A stretch of DNA of 64,000 nucleotides from Patescibacteria group bacterium UBA924 (GCA_002293725.1 DBDU01000019.1:11792-75791), one strand, 5' to 3'; numbered from the stretch's first letter, positions 27,788 through 38,624 are shown. Translations and numbers: made by a program. The notes: generated from the sequence alone by a model not told the origin.

Positions 27788-28891
27788 TTAAAGATATTCT
27801 TTCTTGCCTTCTTCTTTCAGTCGCTCAACGAGTTTCTTTACGTCTTGGCTGCGCTCTTTTGGTACGACTAAGAGGATTTCAGGTGTATCAATAATGATCA
27901 TGTCATTCACGCCGATTAAGCCAATTAATCTGCCATCAGTATGAATTAAGTTGTTCTCAGAGTTAATACACAATGCTTTGACAGAGTCTTCGTCGCTGAC
28001 AGTGACGTTTCCCACTAAGTCTTTTTGGGCAAGTTCGTAGACAACTTTCCAGTCACCTACGTCGTTCCAACCAAAGTCACCAGGAATCAACACTAAGTTA
28101 TCTGCTTTTTCAGAAATAGCGTAGTCAATCGAGATAGATTGAGCTTTTTTATAGATCTCTGGGAGAGCTTCGTGGAATTGAGCCGCAGATAAGCTACCGA
28201 GTTCTTTGGTAAGTTCATACATGTCTGGCATGTACTTGGCAAAAGCTTCTTGAAGTGCCTGGGCCGACCAGACGTACATGTTGGCATTCCAGAAGTACTT
28301 ACCAGTAGAAATGAAGGCGCGAGCGGTAGTAGCGTTTGGTTTCTCTGTAAAGCTGTCTACTTTGAAAACTGGCAACCCGGTGTGTGTTTTGCGCAAGTGA
28401 TCACCAATCTTGATATAGCCAAAGCCAGTTTCTGGTCCGGTGGGAGTAATTCCTACTGCTACCAGATTCTGCCCACCCTCAGCAACTTCAACAGCGGCTT
28501 CCATGACTTTGACAAACTCTTTTTCATCGGTAATGACATGGTCGGAAGCACTGTTGACGACAATTGCTTCGGGATCCTTAGACATGGCGTACAAGGCACC
28601 TGAAAGCATTGCCAAGGCAGTGTCTTTCTTATCGGGCTCGGCAATCACGTTTTCGGTCGGAACTTGCGGCAGGAGGTTTTGAATCTCGGCAATGTAGTTT
28701 TTGTTGGTGACAACGATGATCTGTTCCCAAGGAATGATTTTACTTAAACGACCAGCGGCTACCTGTACCATGGCGTCTTTGCTGGTAAGGCGTAAAAACT
28801 GTTTGGGGGTCGCATTTCGGGATTTTGGCCACAAGCGAGTGCCACCTCCTCCAGCGAGGATGACTCCAAAGACATGTTTATGATCTGACAT
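27788..28891 (-). CDS. manC: Mannose-1-phosphate guanylyltransferase (no PMI domain)
   Basis: ILAGGGGTRLWPKSR..PKQF, EP..KDTA, FTEKP, SIDYAISE, WNDVG. Confidence 0.93.
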   Translation of the reverse strand: MSDHKHVFGVILAGGGGTRLWPKSRNATPKQFLRLTSKDAMVQVAAGRLSKIIPWEQIIVVTNKNYIAEIQNLLPQVPTENVIAEPDKKDTALAMLSGALYAMSKDPEAIVVNSASDHVITDEKEFVKVMEAAVEVAEGGQNLVAVGITPTGPETGFGYIKIGDHLRKTHTGLPVFKVDSFTEKPNATTARAFISTGKYFWNANMYVWSAQALQEAFAKYMPDMYELTKELGSLSAAQFHEALPEIYKKAQSISIDYAISEKADNLVLIPGDFGWNDVGDWKVVYELAQKDLVGNVTVSDEDSVKALCINSENNLIHTDGRLIGLIGVNDMIIIDTPEILLVVPKERSQDVKKLVERLKEEGKKEYL

Positions 28892-30071
28892 ACGATCCTT
28901 TCTCAGGCATGTGCAGCTCTCGTGCAAAGTTTAACCATAAGCGCTCAACGCGCTGACGAAACTGGGACTCAAATGCCTGTGTATTATAGGCATTGACCTG
29001 TTTCTGGATAGTAGCTTCGTTCCATTGACGATGCTCTATCTCATCCATCGCTTTTTTTAACGCCCGTACAGTATATTCGTTGATCTGTACGCTTGAAACA
29101 CCCGTCGGACTAATCTCAGCTGATCCGCTTTTGGCGTGAATGACTGCAGGTTTGCCGAAGAGGTGCGCTTCTAAGGCGGCGATCCCAAAGTCCTCTTCAC
29201 CTGGAGCTAAAAAAGCCCGACAATTTTTGTAGTATGCCGTAAGATCTTTGGATTGTACAGCATGGAGGAACTTGATTTTAGCCTGGGAAGGATACTGAAG
29301 AGCCAGCTGGCGCAGTCGTTTTTGATCTGGACCGTCACCAATAACAACCAAATCCTTACCTAGCTCAAGGCAAGCCTGAATCGCAAGATCAATCTTTTTA
29401 TATGGGACGAAACGAGAGACGATTAAGTAGTACTCATTTTTTTGAAAGCCATCTTTGCTAAGAGGTTCTGGTAAAGATTGTTCTTCCTGAGGTGCTTGAA
29501 TCTCCACTGGGGGGTAGAGCTCTTTAGATGGTGTGAGGTGATAGTACTTAGCGCAACGTTCGGCAACACGTTTAGAGATAGGAATAATGACATCAGGTCG
29601 TTTGGCAGCTGCAACGTCCCACCATCGAAGATAACGGAAAATGGGTTCTTTGATCAGATCAAGGACTCCTTGAGAGTACTCATCCCGATGGCTCCACAAG
29701 TAACGAGTTGGAGTAAGCAAATAACAGATGTGTAATTGATTGGGTCCAGTCAGGACTCCTTTTGCTTCAGCGCTGGTAATAGAAATAACAATATCGAACT
29801 CTTTAAGATTGTGGGCCTCAAATGCCAGCGGCATCAAACCCACATATTGGCGGTGATACTTTTTAGCTCCAGGTAAGTACTGGAGAAAGCTAGGTTGGAC
29901 CTCAAAACTTTCGGCCCAAACTGCCCTTTCTTTGTCATAAACGGAAGTAAAAAGTGGAGCATCTGGAAAGAGTCGATGAAGGCTCTGTAAGACGTTTTCA
30001 GCGCCACCAAAAGGAGTGTTTACTCGATCATAAACGAGCGCAATTTGCGGTGGCGAAGAGTGCTTGGGCAT
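28878..30071 (-). CDS. GT4 glycosyltransferase (WbaZ-like mannosyltransferase)
   Basis: GGAE, TPTRYLW, PYKKIDL, EEDFGIAALEA. Confidence 0.9.
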   Translation of the reverse strand: MPKHSSPPQIALVYDRVNTPFGGAENVLQSLHRLFPDAPLFTSVYDKERAVWAESFEVQPSFLQYLPGAKKYHRQYVGLMPLAFEAHNLKEFDIVISITSAEAKGVLTGPNQLHICYLLTPTRYLWSHRDEYSQGVLDLIKEPIFRYLRWWDVAAAKRPDVIIPISKRVAERCAKYYHLTPSKELYPPVEIQAPQEEQSLPEPLSKDGFQKNEYYLIVSRFVPYKKIDLAIQACLELGKDLVVIGDGPDQKRLRQLALQYPSQAKIKFLHAVQSKDLTAYYKNCRAFLAPGEEDFGIAALEAHLFGKPAVIHAKSGSAEISPTGVSSVQINEYTVRALKKAMDEIEHRQWNEATIQKQVNAYNTQAFESQFRQRVERLWLNFARELHMPEKGSYVRS

Positions 30072-30075
30072 ATGA

Positions 30076-31200
30076 TTAAAGGGCTAGCGCGTTGGCGTAA
30101 ACTTTCAGGGTAGACTCAGCCATTTTTGACCACTGAAACTGTTTGGCATAGGTCTGTGCTGCTTTAAGATGCTTTTGCCGATCCATTGTTGCTGCAGTTT
30201 GGGCTGCTTGAACAAAAGAAGCGGTATCTTGGGGAGAAAAGAAAAGGGCGTGGTGTTGGTAGACCTCACGGAAAACTGGAATGTCTGAAGCTATAACAGG
30301 TGTGCCGGCTGCCATCGCTTCTAAACCGGTTAGCCCGAAACCCTCCGACAGCGAAGGTTGTACTAGGGCGGTTGCCTCACCTAAAAGTGCTCTGACTTTT
30401 TCGTCTGATTGATAACCCATAAACTCGACGCGATCTGTAAGCTTCTGTTCACTGACAAAGGCCGCAAGCCGCTGTTGAAAGGCTGAACGTGAGCTGACCA
30501 CTTTCAAAGAGTACTCGGGCAGTTCACGCAGTGCTTGAATCACAGTAGTCACATTTTTATGAGGGTACAGTGAGCCCAGATAGACAAAGTACTTTTGAAC
30601 AGCTTTTGGGGTAGGAATTGAGCTTTTTTCGAAAAAATGTGGAGCTACTCCTTCCGCAATAACCACGGTTTTCGCAACTGTTTCTGGATAGTACCGTGCA
30701 ACTTGTTTGGCCACAGTTTGAGTAGGCACAATTATGGCTGCTGCTTTGCGGATGGCATGACTAGCAGTTAAGCGATACATGACATACTTCGGCCAATACT
30801 GCCACTTTGGCAAGGTAGTTACCGCTGAGCCACGGTACTCGTGCCAAAGTAAATCATGAATAGTAACGACTACCTTTCCTGAATACATGAACGGGACATT
30901 AAAGTGTGGAATGTGAAGGATGTCTAATCTTTGTTGATTGAAAATACTCGGCATCTGTAGCTGTTCACCTAGCGAGTAATGTTGAACTGGCGCTAAGACA
31001 ACCTCCACTGTGCCTTCGTAAGAAACGTTTGCCAGAACCTGATCGGCTTGCTCTTGATCACTGAAGAAAAGTACCCACCTGTAGGGTGTCTGTCGTTGGA
31101 GTAGCTCCCGGACTAAATGTTCTGTATATCGCCCGATACCCGCGTGGCGTTGACCTGCCAAACGGCAGTCTATTCCAACACGGGAGATCGTTTGTGACAT
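30076..31200 (-). CDS. GT4 glycosyltransferase
   Basis: GIGRY, TIHDL, PHKN, EGFGLTGLEA. Confidence 0.9.
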   Translation of the reverse strand: MSQTISRVGIDCRLAGQRHAGIGRYTEHLVRELLQRQTPYRWVLFFSDQEQADQVLANVSYEGTVEVVLAPVQHYSLGEQLQMPSIFNQQRLDILHIPHFNVPFMYSGKVVVTIHDLLWHEYRGSAVTTLPKWQYWPKYVMYRLTASHAIRKAAAIIVPTQTVAKQVARYYPETVAKTVVIAEGVAPHFFEKSSIPTPKAVQKYFVYLGSLYPHKNVTTVIQALRELPEYSLKVVSSRSAFQQRLAAFVSEQKLTDRVEFMGYQSDEKVRALLGEATALVQPSLSEGFGLTGLEAMAAGTPVIASDIPVFREVYQHHALFFSPQDTASFVQAAQTAATMDRQKHLKAAQTYAKQFQWSKMAESTLKVYANALAL

Positions 31201-31220
31201 GGCATTACAGACGCGAGGTC

Positions 31221-31676
31221 TTACTTACTTGATTTTTTGGTTTTGGCTGACTTCATTTTCTCAGCCAATAAGCCGACGCTCTCGGTGACTTCTCTGCGAG
31301 TAGCGACAGCCCCACCATTAGGACCACACTCATCGCAATCACAGTTACCTTCGCAGCAGTGATCACCGTGAGTAGCGATTAAGTCATCGAGCTCTTTTTC
31401 AAGCTTCTTGATTTTGCTTAACCGACCCATGTTTCCAATCATGACGTAGACGAAGTAGCCCACACCAACTAAGAACGCAGCGACAGGAATGTACTCCAGT
31501 AATGGGGGAACTTCAGTCAGCGTGGTTTGGTCGTAGAAGTAACGAAGCAACAAGTTTGGTAAGAACGCCGAAGCAAAGAGTGCCAACACAAATACTGCAA
31601 TCGACTCTACTGCGTAAATTACCTTATCTTGTCTCAATTGAGAGATCTTAAAACGAAGTTGGTCTGCACTGTGCAT
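31221..31676 (-). CDS. Small 2-TM protein with Cys/His-rich motif
   Basis: Two TMs, coiled coil, HGDHCCEGNCDCDEC, Lys-rich tail; SD AAGGAG. Confidence 0.75.
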   Translation of the reverse strand: MHSADQLRFKISQLRQDKVIYAVESIAVFVLALFASAFLPNLLLRYFYDQTTLTEVPPLLEYIPVAAFLVGVGYFVYVMIGNMGRLSKIKKLEKELDDLIATHGDHCCEGNCDCDECGPNGGAVATRREVTESVGLLAEKMKSAKTKKSSK

Positions 31677-31698
31677 GAGGCTCCTTTATCTTTATGTA

Positions 31699-32559
31699 TT
31701 ACCGTGTTTTGTACCAAACAAAGAGTTGTATCCCCCAGCGAACAAAGAAAGGATACTGGCTTTGATAGTGCTTATCAAAGTATTGTAGCATCGTCTGATA
31801 AAAGTGTGCTGACGTTCTCTGTGAGATTGAGCTATCGGTGTGACCACGACCTGATTTGTACTTGTGATGGACGACAGTAGCTTCTGGAATATAGATAACT
31901 TGATATCCATGATCACGGAAGCGTTTGCACCAGTCCAGGTCTTCGGCATACATGAAGAAGCGCTCATCTAAGTACCCTACTTTTTCCATGGCTGCAGTTC
32001 TAACCATCATCGCTGCCCCACTGCAGGCATCAATTGGGTGAACCTGATCTAACGACTGATAGGTTTGGTGATACTGGGCAAAAAGCTTGGATTTGGGAAA
32101 AGCTTTTGCTAAACCACTAAAGTAACTCAAACTGGCCCAAGGAGTGGGCTCACCGCGGTGACTGGCGGGATCTAACTTACCACTCGCTAGTAATACTTTC
32201 GGTGTGGTAACTGCTACATTGGGGTTAGCATCCATGTAATAGATTAATGCATCCAGCGCCGATTTCTCAGAAAACTCTATGTCTGAGTTAATCAGCATCG
32301 CATAACGACTTCTTACTTGCTTTAGTGCCAAGTTATTACCAACGGCAAAGCCTCCATTTTGGCTAGCTTCTAGCACTTTAACCCAGGAAAACTCTTCCTT
32401 TAACATCTTGACTGAGTGATCAGTACTGGAGTTATCTACGACGATTACTTCTACCTTGAACTTGGTTTTAGCCAGGTAGTATTTTTGAAGTGTTTTTAAC
32501 GCCAAAGAAATCCAGTCTGGCGTGTTGTAGTTTAAGAAGATCAGGGTGAGGTCAGTCAT
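31699..32559 (-). CDS. GT2 glycosyltransferase (WbbL-like)
   Basis: VVDN.S.D, NGGFA.GNN, NSD, DERFFMYAEDLD. Confidence 0.9.
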   Translation of the reverse strand: MTDLTLIFLNYNTPDWISLALKTLQKYYLAKTKFKVEVIVVDNSSTDHSVKMLKEEFSWVKVLEASQNGGFAVGNNLALKQVRSRYAMLINSDIEFSEKSALDALIYYMDANPNVAVTTPKVLLASGKLDPASHRGEPTPWASLSYFSGLAKAFPKSKLFAQYHQTYQSLDQVHPIDACSGAAMMVRTAAMEKVGYLDERFFMYAEDLDWCKRFRDHGYQVIYIPEATVVHHKYKSGRGHTDSSISQRTSAHFYQTMLQYFDKHYQSQYPFFVRWGIQLFVWYKTR

Positions 32560-33766
32560 GGTGTACGTTGGACTGGGCAGCCATCTTTAAGTAAATGCTA
32601 TCAAGTTTCTGAGCAATGAACTCCCAGTCATATTGAGTTTGAACAAACTCTTTCCCATTTTTGGCTAATTTTTTTTGAAGTTCCGGTTGTTGTAAGACTT
32701 TGACAGTTAAGTCGGCAAGCTCTTTGGCAGTGTTGCCAATCAAAACTTGCACACCATGCTCGACGCCTAAGCCTTCCACAGCCAACTGGGTAGCGACAAT
32801 CGGAGTGCCCGCGGCCATAGCTTCCAAGATTTTGTACCTAGTTCCTTTACCACTAAATACGGGAGCTACTAAGACATGTGCGCCGGTAAAAGCATCTCGA
32901 ATATCGGGGATACCACCAGTAATAGTGATGGAAGTATCTTTCTTTTGATACTCGAAGATTTCGGGTGTGGGAGCGTTACCCACAATCCATAGCTTGGAAG
33001 TAGGCAACTTTTTCTTGACGATTGGCCAGACATTTTCCACTAGGAACTTGACTGCTTCGACGTTAGGTAGCCAGTTAAAGGTGCCAACTGAAAGAACGGT
33101 TAAATCTTTAGGCAGCTTTCGTTCTTTTTGGGTAAACCATTTAACATCAACGCCGTTAGAAACAACCTCAATCTTTTTTGGTTCGTGAATCGTTTCGTCG
33201 ATGAAGCGCTTGTCTTCTTCACTCATCGTGATTAACTTGGTACAGCTGCGCCAATAGTGCTCTTCCCAACGCCGAATCTTAGCAATGTCGAGCTTCAGGA
33301 TCTGTCGAAGCGGCCAGAACTTAATCTTATCGGCATAGCTTTCATAACCGAGGTACTCGATGGTTTGTTCCACTAAAATAATAGGAATTTCTGTCTTAGG
33401 AATATTAGGCATCATGTAGAACGTCTCAGCGTGAATAACGTCGTACTTTTCCGCTTGCAACTCTTTTTCAACGGCGGCGATTGTTTGTGGGACATGGTTG
33501 CGGATGACTAAAAAAGGAAAGCTGGAAAAAGCAGTATGAAAGATATTACGGAAAGTGAATGGTTTTTGAGACCGCTTAAAGACACGAACCTTGGCGCAGT
33601 ACTTTTCTAATTCCGGAATATACTGTCGCTCACTCTCCTCCTTAATCAGTGCAAAGAGTGTGACCTCAAACTTCCCTGCTAACTTCTTGAGCAAGTTATA
33701 CGTTCTGATCTGCCCGCCCGATAATAACGGGTACGGCAAGTACGGCGTGAGCATTAAAATTTTCAT
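32552..33766 (-). CDS. GT4 glycosyltransferase
   Basis: PYP..SGG.IR, NGVD, G.GTRYKILEAMA.G.P. Confidence 0.9.
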   Translation of the reverse strand: MKILMLTPYLPYPLLSGGQIRTYNLLKKLAGKFEVTLFALIKEESERQYIPELEKYCAKVRVFKRSQKPFTFRNIFHTAFSSFPFLVIRNHVPQTIAAVEKELQAEKYDVIHAETFYMMPNIPKTEIPIILVEQTIEYLGYESYADKIKFWPLRQILKLDIAKIRRWEEHYWRSCTKLITMSEEDKRFIDETIHEPKKIEVVSNGVDVKWFTQKERKLPKDLTVLSVGTFNWLPNVEAVKFLVENVWPIVKKKLPTSKLWIVGNAPTPEIFEYQKKDTSITITGGIPDIRDAFTGAHVLVAPVFSGKGTRYKILEAMAAGTPIVATQLAVEGLGVEHGVQVLIGNTAKELADLTVKVLQQPELQKKLAKNGKEFVQTQYDWEFIAQKLDSIYLKMAAQSNVHHD

Positions 33767-35190
33767 GGTGAGAGCTTGATAATAATGTGGTTAGGCGTTT
33801 TTTCAATCACCTGATACCGCTGTTCGAGCGCCTTGGCTTCATCGTCATAGGCAGTATTCACATAGTAGGTAGCACCTTGCTCAATCTTCTTCTCAATCTC
33901 ACCGCCCAAGGTCCAACCGGTTCGGTTGGTTTGGAAAAGCAAGGCTGTATCACTCATAGCTGGGGCAATGACTTTTGCGTCGGCTGGGGTTAAGCGATCA
34001 ATAGCGGCGCCTGCCTGTTCCCAATCTGCGCGAGTGCCATAAAAGCCGGCGACGAACTCACGACTGACCAAAATACTACCAATAAGTAAGAGGGTTGTCA
34101 GCGTTAAGCCGATCCATTGTTGTTTACGCATGTAGAAGAAGTGGTAGATTACCCACAGACCTTGCCCCATTGCTAGAGCAACCAGTGGTAAAGTAATACT
34201 TTGATAGTAATCATGGCGGACGTTACCGGTGGCAATGACCACTAAGTAAGTTAAGACACACAGTCCCCAGACAACGATCAGCTCTCTCATCTTGTCTTTT
34301 TTAACGAGACTGAGAAGGACTACAATATTTGCTCCCCCTAGAATCATCTTGGTATATCTTTCCCATCCTAACCATCGGAACCAAGCTGGCCGTAAGCGGA
34401 TGCCATCGCCATTAAATAACCACGTCGAAGCTGGGATACCAGCGGGAAACTGTTGAATCCATGTTCTCCACCAAATCAGTGGAACAAGTGTTAAACCATA
34501 AAGGTAAAGTGCTGGTTGGCGAAAAACCCGTCCTTTAAAGTGACGGACTGCTAAATATGCCAAGATGGGTGCAAAGAAAAGAGCAAACGGCTTGAGAAGT
34601 AATGCCAATGTAAAGGCAATAAATGACAGACAATACCATTTCCACTTTCTTTCTTCTAACCAAAAGTCGAATGCCAAGATGGCGAGTGTGACAAAAAAAG
34701 TAAAACTAGGCTCAGGCAGGATCACTCGCGAGTAGTAGACGGCGTAAGGCAAACTAGCAAAGACAAAGGCTGAAAGATACCCCACCGCCGGATTTGCCCA
34801 CCGCTTGCCTAGGTAATACAAACTGACGACAGTTCCCAAGGAACAGAGGATCGAGAATAAACGAGATAAGATTACTAGATCGAGAACGGGAAAGGTCCGT
34901 AAGATAACTGCTAACCCAGCATTAATAAACGGAAACTCGACCATTCGGTAGCCATGTGGATTTTCCAAACCAGATTGAATGTTGCCTAAATCTTGGTAAG
35001 TCGGGTGTAGTAAGTCGATACCGTGATTGACGTACTCGCGAGTAACTGAAGCAGTATCTGCCTGACGGAAGGAATGCCAATCGGTCAGACTATTGGTTAA
35101 ACCAAAAAGCCGCAAGAATAACGCCATCACCACAATGAGAACTAAGGTCCAGTTAAACTCGAGTTTTCTTCTTAGGCTTGGCTTTGGCAT
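33763..35190 (-). CDS. GT-C membrane glycosyltransferase (ArnT/PMT_2-like)
   Basis: Multi-TM, WHSFRQADT in first loop, EFP, SRVILPEP, HDYY. Confidence 0.8.
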   Translation of the reverse strand: MPKPSLRRKLEFNWTLVLIVVMALFLRLFGLTNSLTDWHSFRQADTASVTREYVNHGIDLLHPTYQDLGNIQSGLENPHGYRMVEFPFINAGLAVILRTFPVLDLVILSRLFSILCSLGTVVSLYYLGKRWANPAVGYLSAFVFASLPYAVYYSRVILPEPSFTFFVTLAILAFDFWLEERKWKWYCLSFIAFTLALLLKPFALFFAPILAYLAVRHFKGRVFRQPALYLYGLTLVPLIWWRTWIQQFPAGIPASTWLFNGDGIRLRPAWFRWLGWERYTKMILGGANIVVLLSLVKKDKMRELIVVWGLCVLTYLVVIATGNVRHDYYQSITLPLVALAMGQGLWVIYHFFYMRKQQWIGLTLTTLLLIGSILVSREFVAGFYGTRADWEQAGAAIDRLTPADAKVIAPAMSDTALLFQTNRTGWTLGGEIEKKIEQGATYYVNTAYDDEAKALEQRYQVIEKTPNHIIIKLSP

Positions 35191-36988
35191 GTCTAACGCC
35201 TTCTTTCGCTAATGTTGACGTGGCTGGGTAAACTGCTTTTTGTTCTGCCTCTTTAGCTAACCGGTCTCGAACTGCCAGGTAACCGAGGAAGAGACCAGCG
35301 AGTGCCCAATACGTTTGGGCAACTTTAGAAGCGGCAAAGACGTCAATATAGATGGCATTGAGCAACAGTCCAATACTGCCTCCGAGTAAACCTACACTCA
35401 TGGCGCTGACTAAGTAGTCGCTGTCGCGTAAGTTGCGAATAGCGGCGTACAAAATGATTCCCACACAGCCATAGAAAGTGATGAATCCTAGTAAGCCTGT
35501 TTCTCCAAGAGTACGCAAGAAGTTGTTGTCTGTGCTGTCAGCTTCGGTGAACTGATCAATATTTTCTTTGGTTAACGTCGCATAGCCACTGCCAGTAATT
35601 GGGTTAGACAAGAAGCCCTCGATTGCTCTGGGCCAGAGAGTCTCTTGTCGGATACATAATGATAATTCTTGTTTCAGTGCACACTCTGAGTAGACGCGTG
35701 GTTTAGCAACGGTAATGTATGTAGTCTCGCCTGTGGCCGAGACAGTTGCCACTACCACCTGATCAGGAATGTCTTCATAGACGCCTGCAGGTAGTTGGGT
35801 TGGTTTGGGTGAAGGTGACGGGCTTGGTTTTTCAGTAGGCGTGAGGGGTGATGGTGGTTGATCAACGCTGCTAGCTACATCGGCAGTGGCTGCCGCAGCT
35901 GCGGTAACATCATCAGTGGAGATGCCACCACTGGGTGGGTTTCCTTTGGGTAAACGTTCTTGTAACTGTTGAGGCGTTAAGGGCAATGAGGCAAGCGCTT
36001 GATCTGAGATAATCATCCGGCGTTGGTTATTTAAGGTATCTACGACTGACTTAAGGGCGGGCTGGCTATTTACCACGTGGCTTAGACGCTCTGTCATGTC
36101 AGCGCCAAAGTAGTAGAACAGTAACGCGCTCATGACCACAAAAATGGCGCTGCGAGTAGTAAAGAACCATACTTTCTGTTTAATCCCAGTCTTATTTAAA
36201 GTAGTAGCCAAGATGACAACTCCTACACCGGCAATAAAGGCAGCAAATGGAGTTCGAGAGGCACTTAAAATTAATAGCCAAGTCCCGATCCAAAAGATGA
36301 AGTGTAATCCAAGGCTAATTGCTCTTTTACGAGCTCGATAAGCCACCGCGAGTAAAAGTGGTAGGGCGATGACTAAGTAAGCGGCCATATCGTAGTGACC
36401 AGCAAACGTGGATTGAACGCGTGCATATTGAGTCAGATACAGACGAACGCCTTTACTAAACTCTCGGTTCATCGTTGAGTAAACTGGGAAGTAAAAGTAG
36501 CGTTGGCCATAACCATAGAGAGCGATGGACAGTACGGTTAAGGCAAAGATAGAAACTGCCAGGACTAAGTGGCTGCGTTTCTTGATAGCGCTGTAGAGTA
36601 TAAAAAATAACGAAAAGTACTCAAGGTAACGGAAGTAGTGTAGTAGCGTTTTGCCCACGTGTAGCGGCTCAAGCGGAATAGTTTTAATGACAAAGATGGC
36701 AACGAGTGTCGAAACCAAGCCAACCACTGCGTAAGCTACAACCATCCAGAACATAGCAGATACAAAACGTGCCTTCTTACGTAGTACTTGAATTGCCCAA
36801 ACAATCACTGTTAGACCAATCAACAGATCTTCGGCACGGACGCGAACGATGTACTGCTCAATAGGACTCCACAGCGGAATCTTGGGATACAGTGGAATAA
36901 ACGCAAGCAGTATTGAAGCAAGAATAATCAAGAGATGATCATCCAGCCAGTTTGCCCATTTCTTGAGCTGAGTTGTAAATGTGGTCAT
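35153..36988 (-). CDS. O-antigen ligase/polymerase-like (Wzy_C) protein with low-complexity loop
   Basis: Multi-TM, RVQSTFAGHYD, SASRT, W..AI..F..NPITGSG, TDNNFLRTLGETGLLG. Confidence 0.8.
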   Translation of the reverse strand: MTTFTTQLKKWANWLDDHLLIILASILLAFIPLYPKIPLWSPIEQYIVRVRAEDLLIGLTVIVWAIQVLRKKARFVSAMFWMVVAYAVVGLVSTLVAIFVIKTIPLEPLHVGKTLLHYFRYLEYFSLFFILYSAIKKRSHLVLAVSIFALTVLSIALYGYGQRYFYFPVYSTMNREFSKGVRLYLTQYARVQSTFAGHYDMAAYLVIALPLLLAVAYRARKRAISLGLHFIFWIGTWLLILSASRTPFAAFIAGVGVVILATTLNKTGIKQKVWFFTTRSAIFVVMSALLFYYFGADMTERLSHVVNSQPALKSVVDTLNNQRRMIISDQALASLPLTPQQLQERLPKGNPPSGGISTDDVTAAAAATADVASSVDQPPSPLTPTEKPSPSPSPKPTQLPAGVYEDIPDQVVVATVSATGETTYITVAKPRVYSECALKQELSLCIRQETLWPRAIEGFLSNPITGSGYATLTKENIDQFTEADSTDNNFLRTLGETGLLGFITFYGCVGIILYAAIRNLRDSDYLVSAMSVGLLGGSIGLLLNAIYIDVFAASKVAQTYWALAGLFLGYLAVRDRLAKEAEQKAVYPATSTLAKEGVRHAKAKPKKKTRV

Positions 36989-36991
36989 AGT

Positions 36992-37975
36992 CTATAGTGG
37001 ACGAAGCACTCGGCTGGCCTGTTTATATATTGCCGCTCGATGCGCGTCACGAATCATTGTACCAAACAGAATGATTCGTAACAGGATACCAATCCCGAGG
37101 ATCAGCTTTAAAATGGGTTTTTGCCAGATTGGTTTATGTTTAGCCCAGATATAAATATACCCTTTAAGCTCACCGATAATGGCATTTTTCGAGGAAGAGC
37201 TGGCGCTGCCATAGTGGATAACTTTGGCTGAAGGCAAGATAGCCACATCCCAATGATGTGACTTGGCCCTCATGCAGAACTCAATATCCTCGCCATACAT
37301 AAAGATACTACTGTCAAGAAGTCCAGCTTCCAGGAAGACTGCTCTTCTGATCATCACAGCAGTTCCCCCTACCCAATCGACGAGGTATGGTTTTGAGCCT
37401 TGATGATGGTGCGCATTCCGACCAGTGTGCTGAGTGGATGGTAAGAACTTACCGATCACCGGAATATCGTCTAAGAAAAGCATGTGCGTGGTGAGTGAAA
37501 AAAGGGTGGGAAACGAGCCTCCCTGAGCCTGAAGACTGCCATCGGGATTAAGAAGTTGAGCGGCTAGGACGCCCAAGTGATCCAGTTTATCTCTCGCTTC
37601 AGCTAAAACGGCTGTCTCAAGATTACTTTGTGACATGCTAAAGGTAGCAATCATCTGAGCGAGTGCATCTTCTTGGACGACCGTGTCAGAATTAAGCAGC
37701 AGTACGTACTCACCTTTGGAACGTTCAATAGCTTTATTGTTAGCTCCCGCGAAGCCTAGATTAGCTTGGTTTTTGATTAAGTGAAGACGAGACGAGCTTT
37801 TCACTAGCTTTTCTACTGCTTCGACACTGCCATCAGTCGAGTTGTTATCAACTACCCAAATGTCTGTCTTTTGATCAAGTTCAGGAGAGCGCTGTAAAGA
37901 TTCCTCAACTGAAGCAAGGGTTTGAAGCGTCAATGCTTTGGTGTTGTAGGAAACAATAACAATGCTTAACAACAT
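36992..37975 (-). CDS. GT2 glycosyltransferase (WbbL-like)
   Basis: VVDNNSTDGS, NLGFAGANN, LNSD, FMYGED. Confidence 0.9.
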   Translation of the reverse strand: MLLSIVIVSYNTKALTLQTLASVEESLQRSPELDQKTDIWVVDNNSTDGSVEAVEKLVKSSSRLHLIKNQANLGFAGANNKAIERSKGEYVLLLNSDTVVQEDALAQMIATFSMSQSNLETAVLAEARDKLDHLGVLAAQLLNPDGSLQAQGGSFPTLFSLTTHMLFLDDIPVIGKFLPSTQHTGRNAHHHQGSKPYLVDWVGGTAVMIRRAVFLEAGLLDSSIFMYGEDIEFCMRAKSHHWDVAILPSAKVIHYGSASSSSKNAIIGELKGYIYIWAKHKPIWQKPILKLILGIGILLRIILFGTMIRDAHRAAIYKQASRVLRPL

Positions 37976-37979
37976 ACGT

Positions 37980-38579
37980 TTATTGGAACCAACGGGCGCG
38001 GCCCAGCCGATAGCTATACTCCGTCAGGCCTCGCTGTGCGATCTGTTTGGCTGGTACGCCACCCACCACCGTGTTCTCAGGGACATCTTTAGTAACCACG
38101 GCTCCGGCAGCGACCACAGCTCCTTTGCCTACGGTGACTCCTGGAAGGACTATGGCTCGTGGACCGATGAAAACATAGTCTTCAATCTGGGTCTTAGCTT
38201 CGATAGCAGTAAAGTGGGGATCACGAATATCATGTTGGGAGTTGTAGATCATGGCTCCGGTGGCAATATCCACGTGGTCACCAATTAGCAATGGTGCGCG
38301 GCCATCTAAGACCACTTGTTCACCAATAATAGAGTCTGTACCAATTTTTACGCCTCGTGGATCATAAATACGAACGCGCATGTGAAGCGTTGAACCAGTG
38401 CCAATTCGCATTCCAGCTAAACGATAAAAAAAGCGACGGAGATGATGCAGTGGTAGCTCGCCAACTCCCCACCACAAAAAGCCAGTGACAAACTCTAACC
38501 AAATTGAGGATACACGACCTTGAACTTTTTGAGCTACTTGGGTGGTATTAAGTGGTTGCCCGTGTTTATCTTTCAACAT
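37980..38579 (-). CDS. Hexapeptide-repeat sugar O-acyltransferase
   Basis: Left-handed beta-helix repeats, [14 protein letters not shown]. Confidence 0.9.
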   Translation of the reverse strand: MLKDKHGQPLNTTQVAQKVQGRVSSIWLEFVTGFLWWGVGELPLHHLRRFFYRLAGMRIGTGSTLHMRVRIYDPRGVKIGTDSIIGEQVVLDGRAPLLIGDHVDIATGAMIYNSQHDIRDPHFTAIEAKTQIEDYVFIGPRAIVLPGVTVGKGAVVAAGAVVTKDVPENTVVGGVPAKQIAQRGLTEYSYRLGRARWFQ

Positions 38580-38624
38580 AGTAGTAAGTATAGAGCATCT
38601 TGATTCGTCTTGGGCAGCCTGGTT

